In this document: positions 35,486 to 44,563 of the stretch, piece after piece | Numbering within the stretch: the first letter of the stretch is position 1 | Layout of the letters: each line of letters begins with the position of its first letter | Assembly (NCBI GenBank): GCA_017623705.1 | Contig: JAGAOQ010000021.1 | Coordinates: 9,485-73,484 of the forward strand | DNA length: 64,000 bases | Reading direction: 5' to 3' | From: Clostridia bacterium | GTDB taxonomy: Bacteria; Bacillota; Clostridia; Christensenellales; UBA1242 | Program-made: the position numbers and the translations under genes | The notes under the pieces: model-generated | What the model was told of the DNA's origin: nothing | The model's database searches: none | The model's input: only the letters and a program-made list of their open reading frames with translations

Positions 35486-36925
35486 ATGAAAGGGTTTAAG
35501 CAGTTCGGTTTCTTGTTATGCACTGGTTTAATCGGCTTTTTGGTCGGTGTCATTGCTACCATGCAAACACCAAATTTAAGTGCGTCCGAAACAACAGGAC
35601 ATGAACACACTTTAACTGCTCACCAACAAATTGACGCTACTTGTACCCAAGCTGGAACTCGTGCTTACTGGGAATGTGAAACTTGTGATTTGTTATTTAC
35701 CGACGCTAATGATATTTACGAAATTGACCTTAACGAATTTATTGCGTGGAAAGTCTTACCCAAACTCAACCACAAAACTAACGAGAATTATCACGTTGCT
35801 TACCAAAAACCAACTTGTGCCAGCAACGGTAACCAAGAATATTACATGTGCATCAATGGTTGTGGACAATACTTCCAAGACCAACATTGCCAAATTTTAA
35901 TTCCCGAAAAAAACGTTACCATTAAAAATGATAAAGCTATGCACACTTTAACCTTAGTTGAAGCTAAGACCGCAACTTGTGCCGAAGCAGGGCATATCCA
36001 ACATTATAATTGTACCACCTGCCACAAAAATTTTAGCGATATTTACGGCACCGAAATTAACAACGTAACAACCACCCTCGACCACGATTTGACTTATGTT
36101 AACGCTACCAATCCAACCTGCTTCACCGACGGCGAATATGCACACTATCACTGCAAAAATTGTCATCAAGATTACAGCGACGCTGCTTGTACAGACCAAA
36201 TGACAACGACCGTAATTCCTCATTTGGAACATAGCTCGTACGCTTCACATTATGTTGATTATCAAGCCCCAACTTGCGAAACAGCAGGACACCACGCTTA
36301 CTACCTTTGTGAACACGGTTGCGGACTAAAATTCAAAGAAGTAACTTGCGACAATTTATACACCGCAAACGAATTAACTATTCCCGCTTACGGACATAGC
36401 TGGACTTATGTTAAAGCTGACGAAAATCAAACCGCAAAATATGAATGCGATACAAACGGCAACTTTCAACACGGCTGGATTAAATACGACATCGTTTGTA
36501 CTCACGACGGTTGCGATGGTTACAACGGTAGCAAAGAATTCTGTGGCTTTGCCAAATTAGACAAAACCAACAACACCGAATCCAAAGTTACGCACACGAT
36601 TGATTATCTTGTCCAAGACGAAACATTACAAGAAGTATACGATTTGTTTACCTTAGACTGGAATCAAAGCACAATCGCTTATGACGACCAAAATCAAGCT
36701 TACACAACAATTACGTTGAAACTGGCAGATACTTACAACACACAAGCAAAATACACCTACCAAGACGTAACCAACGACTTAAACACAATCATTGATTCAA
36801 ACCGTTTAAGCTTAACCGTTTACTTAAACGCAAAAGACACCAACGACATGATTACATGGCGACTTGATTGGGACGCCGACGGCATCTACGAACAAACGAT
36901 TAAAGTTGCGATTCAAAATTATTAA
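35486..36925 (+). CDS. membrane-anchored or secreted protein with five Cys-rich repeats
   Basis: 479 aa. N-terminal TM/signal segment. Five copies of H-x-[AP]TC-x2-G-x4-Y-x-C-x2-C-x3-F/Y-x-D spaced about 50 aa apart. Confidence 0.65.
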   Translation: MKGFKQFGFLLCTGLIGFLVGVIATMQTPNLSASETTGHEHTLTAHQQIDATCTQAGTRAYWECETCDLLFTDANDIYEIDLNEFIAWKVLPKLNHKTNENYHVAYQKPTCASNGNQEYYMCINGCGQYFQDQHCQILIPEKNVTIKNDKAMHTLTLVEAKTATCAEAGHIQHYNCTTCHKNFSDIYGTEINNVTTTLDHDLTYVNATNPTCFTDGEYAHYHCKNCHQDYSDAACTDQMTTTVIPHLEHSSYASHYVDYQAPTCETAGHHAYYLCEHGCGLKFKEVTCDNLYTANELTIPAYGHSWTYVKADENQTAKYECDTNGNFQHGWIKYDIVCTHDGCDGYNGSKEFCGFAKLDKTNNTESKVTHTIDYLVQDETLQEVYDLFTLDWNQSTIAYDDQNQAYTTITLKLADTYNTQAKYTYQDVTNDLNTIIDSNRLSLTVYLNAKDTNDMITWRLDWDADGIYEQTIKVAIQNY

Positions 36926-36946
36926 GCTGTTGTAAGGGGTAAAAAC

Positions 36947-37699
36947 ATGGATAACGTAAAAGTTAGCATTATTATTCCAATGTATAATGCCGAGAAATAC
37001 ATTACTGACTGCTTAAATTCTGTGTTTAACCAAACTTATCCCAACTACGAAGTAATTGTGATTGACGACAATTCACAAGACCAAAGTGTTTCACTTGTCC
37101 AAACATTCCAAACACAACACGATAACTTAATTTTACTACGCAATGATACCAACCAAGGTGTAGCTACCGCTCGCAATCTCGGTATCCAACAAGCAACAGG
37201 GCAGTGGATTGCTTTTTTAGACGCAGATGATATGTGGCTCCCCGAAAAATTAAATCAACAAATTAACGCCTTACAAACACACCAAGCACAACTATGTTAC
37301 ACATCACAAATCTTTTACGACGACGATGGCAAACCGACTAAGAAAAAATTTCTTGTCAAAGAAAGTATCGACTATCGCAGTTTGTTAAAACAAAATCTTA
37401 TTTGTCTATCTTCGGCGATAATCAAAAAAGAACTTTGCGTAAAATATCCGTTTCATCATGCTAACTTACACGAAGATTTTATTTTTTGGTTAGAAATCTT
37501 ACGCCATGAAAAAATTAAAACTATCGGTTTAATCGAACCTTTAACCATTTACCGTTTAACCAAACAATCAAAAACTCGCAACAAATTCAAATCTTTAATC
37601 ATGACTTATCGTACTTACCGTCATCTGGGGTTAAATTTCTTTCAAGCTTGTTACTATCTACTTTGTTACATTGTGAACGGTGTAAAAAAATATCATTAA
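36947..37699 (+). CDS. glycosyltransferase family 2
   Basis: VSIIIPMYNAEKYI, VIDDNSQD, FLDADD. Confidence 0.85.
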   Translation: MDNVKVSIIIPMYNAEKYITDCLNSVFNQTYPNYEVIVIDDNSQDQSVSLVQTFQTQHDNLILLRNDTNQGVATARNLGIQQATGQWIAFLDADDMWLPEKLNQQINALQTHQAQLCYTSQIFYDDDGKPTKKKFLVKESIDYRSLLKQNLICLSSAIIKKELCVKYPFHHANLHEDFIFWLEILRHEKIKTIGLIEPLTIYRLTKQSKTRNKFKSLIMTYRTYRHLGLNFFQACYYLLCYIVNGVKKYH

Positions 37700-37701
37700 A
37701 A

Positions 37702-37731
37702 AAGCGTACTGTTGTGAGTACGCTTGCTTTT
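37702..37731. terminator. bidirectional hairpin terminator between the GT2 gene and pyk
   Basis: aagcgtac-tgttgtga-gtacgctt with flanking A-runs and T-runs. Confidence 0.55.
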
Positions 37732-37750
37732 ATTTGATTGAACGCTTGAA

Positions 37751-38773
37751 TTATTTAGCGTTTTTTTGACTCCATGCTTCGTTAGTAATTTTACGCATGA
37801 ATTGGATTGTTTCGATTGGGAATTGACCCATTGCGGTTTCTTCCGAAGTCATAACTGCGTCTGTACCGTCGTAAACTGCGTTAGCAACGTCAGTTGTTTC
37901 AGCACGACTTGGACGTGGTTTTTGCATCATGTTCAACATCATTTCAGTAGCAACAACAACAAATTTGTTTGCAGCGTTACATTTCTTGATAATCATTTTT
38001 TGAACGGTAGGCAATTTTTCTAATGGGTATTCAACACCTAAATCGCCACGAGCAACCATGATACCATCAGCTTCGGCAATGATTTCGTCCAAATTTGCCA
38101 CAGCTTGTACGCTTTCGATTTTAGCGATAATTGGGGTAGCACCTGTAATTTTACGCATTTCACGAATATCTTCGGCACGGTTAACAAATGAAGCTGCGAT
38201 TAAATCAACTTTTTGTTCAACACCGAACTTCAAATCTTCAATGTCTTCTGGACGTAAGAATTGTAAGTGAACATCAACGCCAGGTACAGCCATACTCTTT
38301 TTGTTAGAGATTTTACCACCAACTTCAATTTTCAAGACAATTTCTTTGCCTTTAACTTCTTGAACTTTGGTAACGATTAAACCGTTACAAATTAAAACGG
38401 TATCGCCAGGTTTAACGTATTTGTATAAATCTGGGTGAGAAATTGAAACACCTTGTTGATTACCAACACGTTCATCACAATACAAAGAGAAAATATCTCC
38501 TGGTTCAACGGTAACTTCACCGTTTTCAAAAGTACGTAAACGAATATCTGGACCTTTGGTATCCAACATAATTTTAATGTCTTTACCAAATTTTTCGTTT
38601 ACTTCACGCACCATTGCGAATTTGTTGCCATGTTCTTCATGACTTCCGTGGCTGAAATTACAGCGGGCAATGCTCATGCCTGCGTCAGCCAATCCTTTGA
38701 TTTTATCTACACTTTCCGTTGCAGGACCAATTGTGCAGATAATCTTGATTTGTTTTTGATTATTGCTTTCCAT
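37751..38773 (-). CDS. pyk: pyruvate kinase, short form lacking the C-terminal regulatory domain
   Basis: Start moved to ATG 38773 (MESNNQKQIKIICTIGPAT). RCNFSHG, MLDTKGPDIR, IIAKIE, MVARGDLGVE, MTSEETA. The protein ends right after the A domain. Confidence 0.85.
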   Translation of the reverse strand: MESNNQKQIKIICTIGPATESVDKIKGLADAGMSIARCNFSHGSHEEHGNKFAMVREVNEKFGKDIKIMLDTKGPDIRLRTFENGEVTVEPGDIFSLYCDERVGNQQGVSISHPDLYKYVKPGDTVLICNGLIVTKVQEVKGKEIVLKIEVGGKISNKKSMAVPGVDVHLQFLRPEDIEDLKFGVEQKVDLIAASFVNRAEDIREMRKITGATPIIAKIESVQAVANLDEIIAEADGIMVARGDLGVEYPLEKLPTVQKMIIKKCNAANKFVVVATEMMLNMMQKPRPSRAETTDVANAVYDGTDAVMTSEETAMGQFPIETIQFMRKITNEAWSQKNAK

Positions 38774-38777
38774 AACT

Positions 38778-39332
38778 TCAATTATAAATAATTTCAATTA
38801 TTTTGTCGATTGTTTTTTGTAAATTATCATTCTTAATCACGTAATCGTAGTATTTTGCTTCTTTTATACACTCGTCGTAGTCTTGCATGCGAGCTTGAAT
38901 ATCACTTAACGCATCGCCTCGCTTGTGTAAACGTTGTTCAATTTCGTTTTTGTCGGCGGTAATAAAAATCGTCGTAACATGCTTAAAACGTGATTGTAGG
39001 GCTTTTACGCCGATTAAATTGCAATCTTTCAACGGAATTTTATTTTGAGCAAATATCTCGTTAATGTATTTTTCACTCATACCACGTTTTTCGCCATGGC
39101 GGATTGTGTATTCAAAAATATCACCACTGGCTACCATTTGGTCAAATTCTTCGTTACTGACAAAATGGTAAGGATTACCTTGGCTTTCGTTGGGTCGCAT
39201 TGCTCTTGTTGCTACCGAAACTAATTTAGCAAAGCGGTCAGGATATTTTTTGGTTAATGTTTTAATGATTGTGTCTTTACCAGCTCCACTTGGCCCTTCT
39301 ATGACAATAATGCGTTGGTTATGTTCTTCCAT
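38778..39332 (-). CDS. gmk: guanylate kinase
   Basis: 184 aa. P-loop GPSGAGKDT, and TRAMRPNESQGNPYHFVS. Confidence 0.85.
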   Translation of the reverse strand: MEEHNQRIIVIEGPSGAGKDTIIKTLTKKYPDRFAKLVSVATRAMRPNESQGNPYHFVSNEEFDQMVASGDIFEYTIRHGEKRGMSEKYINEIFAQNKIPLKDCNLIGVKALQSRFKHVTTIFITADKNEIEQRLHKRGDALSDIQARMQDYDECIKEAKYYDYVIKNDNLQKTIDKIIEIIYN

Positions 39333-39375
39333 AAATAAGCTTAACTTGCTTATGAAATTTAGTCAAACTGTCAAT

Positions 39376-39407
39376 AAAAAAAAGTAACCACATTTACGGT
39401 TACCTTT
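39376..39407 (-). terminator. rho-independent terminator of glyQS
   Basis: The minus strand reads gtaacc-gtaaatgt-ggttac followed by TTTTTTTT. Confidence 0.6.
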
Positions 39408-39440
39408 TCTAAAAATAAAACACTACATCACACAAGTTAT

Positions 39441-40847
39441 TTATAAAATATTTTTTTTCTTATTATAGCTTGTAAATATGTCAATAACTTTTGCTGGTAA
39501 ATCGGCGATTTTAACTCGGGTTTGTTCCATGGTATCACGGTTACGAATGGTTACTGCTTGGTCGTTTAACGTGTCGTAGTCGACAGTTACGCACAAAGGT
39601 GTCCCGATTTCGTCTTGACGGCGGTAACGTTTACCGATTGAACCTGCATCGTCGTAAGTTACAGTAAATTGTTGTTGTAAATCACGGTAAAGTTGTGTCG
39701 CAGTTTCGGTTAAACCTTTCTTTTGTAATGGTAAGACGCAAATTTGATAAGGTGCTAGAATTGGGTTCAATTTCAAGACAACACGAGTATCGCCGTCCGC
39801 CAAAGTTTCGGTGTGGTAAGCATCGCAAAGGATAGCCAAGAACAGACGTTCTAAACCTTGCGAGCTTTCAATAACGGTTGGAATAAATTTTTGGTTTGTC
39901 ATCGGGTCTAAATATTCCATTGATTTTTTGGATAAGTTTTGATGGTTAGTTAAATCGTGAACGCCACGGTGGTGTGTGCCATTAAGTTCGCCCCAACCGA
40001 AAGGGAAGTGGTATTCCATATCGCACGCAGCTTTGGCGTAGAAAACTAATTTTTCATGGTCGTGGAAGCGTAGATTTTCCGCACGGATACCCAAAGTATT
40101 AGTAATGAAATTCCAAATCTTTTGTTTATATTTTTCGTAATGAGCCATGGCATCATCGGCATGGCAGAAAAGTTGGTGTTCCATTTGTTCAAATTCGACG
40201 GTACGGAAAATAAAGTTGCCGGGCGTAATTTCGTTACGGAAAGCTTTGCCGATTTGACCGATACCAAAAGGTACTTTCAAACGCATGCTACGTTGGACGT
40301 TGGTGAAGTTGATAAACTCGCTTTGAGCGGTTTCCGGACGTAAGAAAATTTGGTCGGTGTTATTTTGTGTAACGCCACGGTGAGTTTCAAACATTAAGTT
40401 AAATTGACGAATTGGTGTCCAATTAAACTTACCGCATTTTGGACAGACGAGATGATGTTGGTTGATGTATGCTTCCAAAGCTTGGTTGGTCCAACCGTCC
40501 GCATTGATGTTTTCGTCATGACTTTCAATCAATTTGTCGGCACGAGTACGGGTTTGACAATCTTTGCAGTCCATTAACGGGTCAGCAAAACCACCGACGT
40601 GGCCACTTGCGACCCAAACGTTGCGGTTCATTAAAATACCACCATCTAAACCAACACTGTTATCGTTGGTTGTAACGAACTCACGCCACCACAGTTGTTT
40701 AATGTGATTCTTTAATTCCACACCTAATGGACCGTAGTCCCATGTATTTGCTAAACCGTCGTAAATTTCCGAACCTTGGAAAACGAAACCACGGTTTTTA
40801 CACATTGCAATAATTGTATCAATCGAAACTTTATCCGTTGTCATCAT
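39441..40847 (-). CDS. glyQS: glycine--tRNA ligase (dimeric class II type)
   Basis: 468 aa. RGFVFQGSEIYDGLANTWDYGPLGVELK N-terminus and FRNEITPGNFIFRTVEFEQME motif 2 region. Confidence 0.9.
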   Translation of the reverse strand: MMTTDKVSIDTIIAMCKNRGFVFQGSEIYDGLANTWDYGPLGVELKNHIKQLWWREFVTTNDNSVGLDGGILMNRNVWVASGHVGGFADPLMDCKDCQTRTRADKLIESHDENINADGWTNQALEAYINQHHLVCPKCGKFNWTPIRQFNLMFETHRGVTQNNTDQIFLRPETAQSEFINFTNVQRSMRLKVPFGIGQIGKAFRNEITPGNFIFRTVEFEQMEHQLFCHADDAMAHYEKYKQKIWNFITNTLGIRAENLRFHDHEKLVFYAKAACDMEYHFPFGWGELNGTHHRGVHDLTNHQNLSKKSMEYLDPMTNQKFIPTVIESSQGLERLFLAILCDAYHTETLADGDTRVVLKLNPILAPYQICVLPLQKKGLTETATQLYRDLQQQFTVTYDDAGSIGKRYRRQDEIGTPLCVTVDYDTLNDQAVTIRNRDTMEQTRVKIADLPAKVIDIFTSYNKKKNIL

Positions 40848-40856
40848 TTGAACTCC

Positions 40857-42140
40857 TTATTTCTTCTTTAAGACGGTAATGCCGTGCATGTATTTATGTA
40901 AAGCGACAGGAATGTTTACGCTACCGTCAGCGTTTTGGTTTTGTTCTAAAATCGCAGGTATTAAACGGGAAGTAGCTAAACCAGAGCCGTTCAAAGTGTG
41001 GAGTAGTATCGTTTTACCGTCAGCGTCTTTGGTGCGAATATTTGCACGGCGAGCTTGATAATCGGTGGCATTAGATACCGAAGAAACTTCCTTATACCCT
41101 TTCATGGACGGTATGAAGACTTCGATGTCATAAGTCTTTGCCATACTTGCCGAACAGTCGCCCGCAGCCAAAGCGGTAGTTTGGAAATGTAAACCTAAAC
41201 CTTCCAACAATTTTTGTGCGTTGCGGAGTAGTTCTTCAAAGAAAGTTGGACTTTGTTCGGGTAAACAGTAAACAAACATTTCAACTTTGTTAAATTGATA
41301 GCCACGAATCATACCACGTTCATCGGTACGGTATGAACCCGCTTCCTTACGGTAGCATGGAGTATAGCTAAAATACTTAATCGGCAGTTGGGTATTATTA
41401 ACAATTTCATCACGGTGTAAATTAAGTAATGCCGTTTCCGCTGTCGGTAATAAGAATTTACTTTTCTTCGGGTCTTTGTTGAAGTCGGTTACGAAAACGT
41501 CTTCCACAAATTTCGGGAATTGTCCCGCAGCGTAACCACTTTCCCAGTTTAGTAAGTGTGGTGGCATAATAAATTTGTAACCGTTGGCGATGTGGAAATC
41601 AATGAAGTAGTTTAACAACGCCCATTCTAACATCGCACCGGCACCCGTATAAACCCAAGTCTTGGCACCGCTTAATTTTGCCCCCCGTTCGTAGTCAATC
41701 AAACCGAGATTAGTTGCCAAACTTACATGGTCTTGCCATTTGAAATCAAGAGCAGGTTTCTTGCCGAAAGTTGTTACCACACGGTTATTTTCTTTTCCGC
41801 CTGCCACAACTTCGGGAAGGGGAATGTTCGGTAACGCCGATAGAATCTCAAAAATTTTGTCGTTGATTTTGGTTAGTTCTAAATCACTGTTCGCAATTTT
41901 ATCGCCAATCGCTTTCATTTCGGCAATTTGTTTGGTAGCGTCTTTGCCTTCTTTTTTGAGTTTAGCAATCATCGCACTATTCTCGTTCCTTTTTTGGCGA
42001 CGAGCTTCGTTGTGTTGAATTAAATTACGGCGAGTATTATCTAACGTGAGTACGGTGTCGAAATTGACTTCGCAACCACGTTTAGCCAGTTGTGTTTGTA
42101 CCCATTGCGGGTTATTACGAATTAAATTTATGTCGAGCAT
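40857..42140 (-). CDS. serS: serine--tRNA ligase
   Basis: 427 aa. MLDINLIRNNP, coiled-coil arm, class II motifs (CYRKEAGS, TLNGSGLA). Confidence 0.9.
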   Translation of the reverse strand: MLDINLIRNNPQWVQTQLAKRGCEVNFDTVLTLDNTRRNLIQHNEARRQKRNENSAMIAKLKKEGKDATKQIAEMKAIGDKIANSDLELTKINDKIFEILSALPNIPLPEVVAGGKENNRVVTTFGKKPALDFKWQDHVSLATNLGLIDYERGAKLSGAKTWVYTGAGAMLEWALLNYFIDFHIANGYKFIMPPHLLNWESGYAAGQFPKFVEDVFVTDFNKDPKKSKFLLPTAETALLNLHRDEIVNNTQLPIKYFSYTPCYRKEAGSYRTDERGMIRGYQFNKVEMFVYCLPEQSPTFFEELLRNAQKLLEGLGLHFQTTALAAGDCSASMAKTYDIEVFIPSMKGYKEVSSVSNATDYQARRANIRTKDADGKTILLHTLNGSGLATSRLIPAILEQNQNADGSVNIPVALHKYMHGITVLKKK

Positions 42141-42146
42141 GTATCA

Positions 42147-42154
42147 ATTATACA
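42147..42154 (-). promoter_or_regulatory. extended -10 (TGTATAAT) 6 nt upstream of the serS ATG; likely leaderless mRNA
   Basis: The minus strand reads cattgtataattgatacATG. No SD sequence. Confidence 0.5.
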
Positions 42155-42205
42155 ATGATTTCGTGGTACTCGGCAATGGTTTATCGGCGAATAAATTACT
42201 CACAC

Positions 42206-42916
42206 TTAAAAATCTTCGGGAGATTCTTCGTCTTTGGGTGTCATGATTGCTTTGATTTCGTTTTTCAAAGGTTCTTCGTCAAATTCGTTGTGGTTGTTTG
42301 ACCAAGTGTAAGTAATGCGGTAATTTGGCGAAATTTCAAAAGTTGCAAACTGTAAGCCGTCCATGTAAGCTAACATCTTAATGGTTGGTTTCAAGAAACG
42401 ACGACAACGTTCGGGTAGATTATTGACATACTTTTCCGAAAGTGAAATTTCGTAAGGTTTGCCCTTGTTATCTTGTGTAATAATGAGAGCTTTCTTGAAT
42501 TTGTTTAATTCGGTGTTAAAAATGGACAACTTCATTTGTTCAATTTGTTTTTGTTCATTTTTGCTCAAATTCAACATCATGGTCGGCTTAATTTTTGCCA
42601 ACTCGCTTTTAATCAAAGGGTCTAACGAATTATTGCCAACTTCGGTACGGAAACGTGCCGACACGTTAGGGAAAATGCGGTCCACGTCGTCGGGAGCAAA
42701 GTCCGAAGAGCTAACCACGATTTCGTGTGTTTTGCGAATTTTTTTGCAAAGCTTTTCGATTTCACGCATGGTGATGTCATAAAAAAATAAGTTAGTAAAA
42801 ATGTAAGCCCGTTGTAACGAGTTTTTTACTAACTTTTCGGTGAGCATACAAGCAACAACGCCATCGGCGGTAACAGTAAAGCTTTTGTTGATCGCATCAC
42901 AACTGTGAAAATTCAT
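42206..42916 (-). CDS. hypothetical protein downstream of dnaN
   Basis: Start moved to ATG 42916 (MNFHSCDAINK), which overlaps the dnaN stop (TAATG). 236 aa. No family recognised. Confidence 0.5.
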   Translation of the reverse strand: MNFHSCDAINKSFTVTADGVVACMLTEKLVKNSLQRAYIFTNLFFYDITMREIEKLCKKIRKTHEIVVSSSDFAPDDVDRIFPNVSARFRTEVGNNSLDPLIKSELAKIKPTMMLNLSKNEQKQIEQMKLSIFNTELNKFKKALIITQDNKGKPYEISLSEKYVNNLPERCRRFLKPTIKMLAYMDGLQFATFEISPNYRITYTWSNNHNEFDEEPLKNEIKAIMTPKDEESPEDF

Positions 42917-44022
42917 TAACCCAACCTCACGGGGAGTACTAAGAATAAGTAGTCGCCACGTTTCGCACTGGTAATGACGCAAGGTGCTAACGGGGTAGTA
43001 AATGATAATTTAACAAATTCGTCGTTGATAGTGTTCAAAGCATCGAACATAAATTTGGAATTGAACGCAATTTTAATGCTTGTGCCGTCGATGTTAGCAG
43101 GAACACGTTCGTTGATTTGACCTTTTTCGTTATTAGCAAAAAGTTCCAAATTTTTGTCGGCGGTGGTCAAGGTTAATAAGTTGATTTTATTTGAACTAGC
43201 CAATAAACCAGCACGACCCACCGAAGCCAAGAGTGGAGCAGTTTCTACCACCACGTTGCAGTTAAATTCGGTGGGAATAATTTGGCGGTAGTTGACGAAA
43301 TCGCCTTCAATTAAACGAGAAGCAAAAACCGTGCTACCGATAGTAATTTGCACGAACTTTTTTTCGGCGATTAAACCGATTTCTTCTTTGTCGTCGGTCA
43401 ACATGCGACGCATTTCTTCCAAAGCACGACTCGGGATAATCAATTTTGCCGAACCGGTTGGACGTACTAATGGTTTGGTAATGCGAGCCAAACGGTAACC
43501 GTCCAAAGCAACCGCAGTTAAAGTGTTGTTTTTGTCATCGACATCGAACAAAGCACCACGCAAAACAGGACGAGCATTATCTTGTGCGGTAAACGGTGTA
43601 GTTTTGTTAATTACTTCACGCAAGTCTGCACCTTTCAAGAAGAATAATGGTTTAGCGTCTAAATTGATTAAGTCGGGATATTCGCTAACAGGCATGCAAG
43701 AAAAATTACCGTCGTTGCCTTCGCCGTGTTCAATCACAGCGGTTGTATCGCTACTGGTGAAAGTAATTTGACCTTTGCCGATTTTTCCAATGTATTCACA
43801 AAATAGTTTACCGGGTAATAAAGCACTACCTTCGGTTTTAACGTCCGCATGAATGGTTTTACGGATATACAATTCTAAGTCGGTTGCAAAGAATGTAACG
43901 GTGTTACCTTCCGCAACAATTTTAATCCCTTCCAAAATTTGGTTCACAGTTTTACTGTTTGTTCCATGTGCCACAATCGCTACGGCACTTTTCAAATCTT
44001 CGCCATCACAAATAAATTTCAT
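42916..44022 (-). CDS. dnaN: DNA polymerase III beta sliding clamp
   Basis: 368 aa. Three-domain clamp pattern (MKFICDGEDL...ILEGIKI..., C-terminal YLFLVLPVRL). Confidence 0.9.
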   Translation of the reverse strand: MKFICDGEDLKSAVAIVAHGTNSKTVNQILEGIKIVAEGNTVTFFATDLELYIRKTIHADVKTEGSALLPGKLFCEYIGKIGKGQITFTSSDTTAVIEHGEGNDGNFSCMPVSEYPDLINLDAKPLFFLKGADLREVINKTTPFTAQDNARPVLRGALFDVDDKNNTLTAVALDGYRLARITKPLVRPTGSAKLIIPSRALEEMRRMLTDDKEEIGLIAEKKFVQITIGSTVFASRLIEGDFVNYRQIIPTEFNCNVVVETAPLLASVGRAGLLASSNKINLLTLTTADKNLELFANNEKGQINERVPANIDGTSIKIAFNSKFMFDALNTINDEFVKLSFTTPLAPCVITSAKRGDYLFLVLPVRLG

Positions 44023-44030
44023 ACTCTATA

Positions 44031-44036
44031 ATTATA
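44031..44036 (-). promoter_or_regulatory. -10 box TATAAT 8 nt upstream of the dnaN ATG
   Basis: The minus strand reads gctataattatagagtATG. No SD sequence. Confidence 0.45.
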
Positions 44037-44056
44037 GCGAAATTTTGCGAAAATGT

Positions 44057-44485
44057 CTATTGCTTTAATTCAATCGCCAGCATAAATTTGTCGCCGTTAT
44101 AGAATTCAATCAAGTAATTTGTGAAGTAAGCATTTAATTGACTGGTGATGGCGTCTTCAATGTAAGTACGGCATTCGTCTAAATTATGTAACTCTAAACG
44201 GTTTAGTTCGGTGCGGTCTTCTTCGCCGTAGCCGTAATCGTGTTGCATAACATAACGTAAAGTTTGAATGTTTTGAATTTTGGCTTCCTTTTGTACGGGA
44301 GGCAGGGTATCGGCAGGGACTTTGGGAGCAGTTACCTTAACCATGGTGTGGTCGGTTAAGCTTAACACCAAACTGTTGCCCCGACGGCTAACGGGGTTAG
44401 TAATTTCACGACGCATCATACTTTCCAAAAAATTAACGACAAAAGTGTGTTCCAGTGTTTTGTGTATTTCCTGTGTTTTATTCAT
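44057..44485 (-). CDS. hypothetical protein inserted between dnaA and dnaN
   Basis: 142 aa. TATAAT 5 nt upstream of the ATG. No recognisable family. Confidence 0.45.
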   Translation of the reverse strand: MNKTQEIHKTLEHTFVVNFLESMMRREITNPVSRRGNSLVLSLTDHTMVKVTAPKVPADTLPPVQKEAKIQNIQTLRYVMQHDYGYGEEDRTELNRLELHNLDECRTYIEDAITSQLNAYFTNYLIEFYNGDKFMLAIELKQ

Positions 44486-44563
44486 GCTACATTATAAAAT
44501 AATGACAAGCAGAAATAAACTAAAATCGTTTTACATTTTTCGACAAATTTCGACAAAGGGCAA

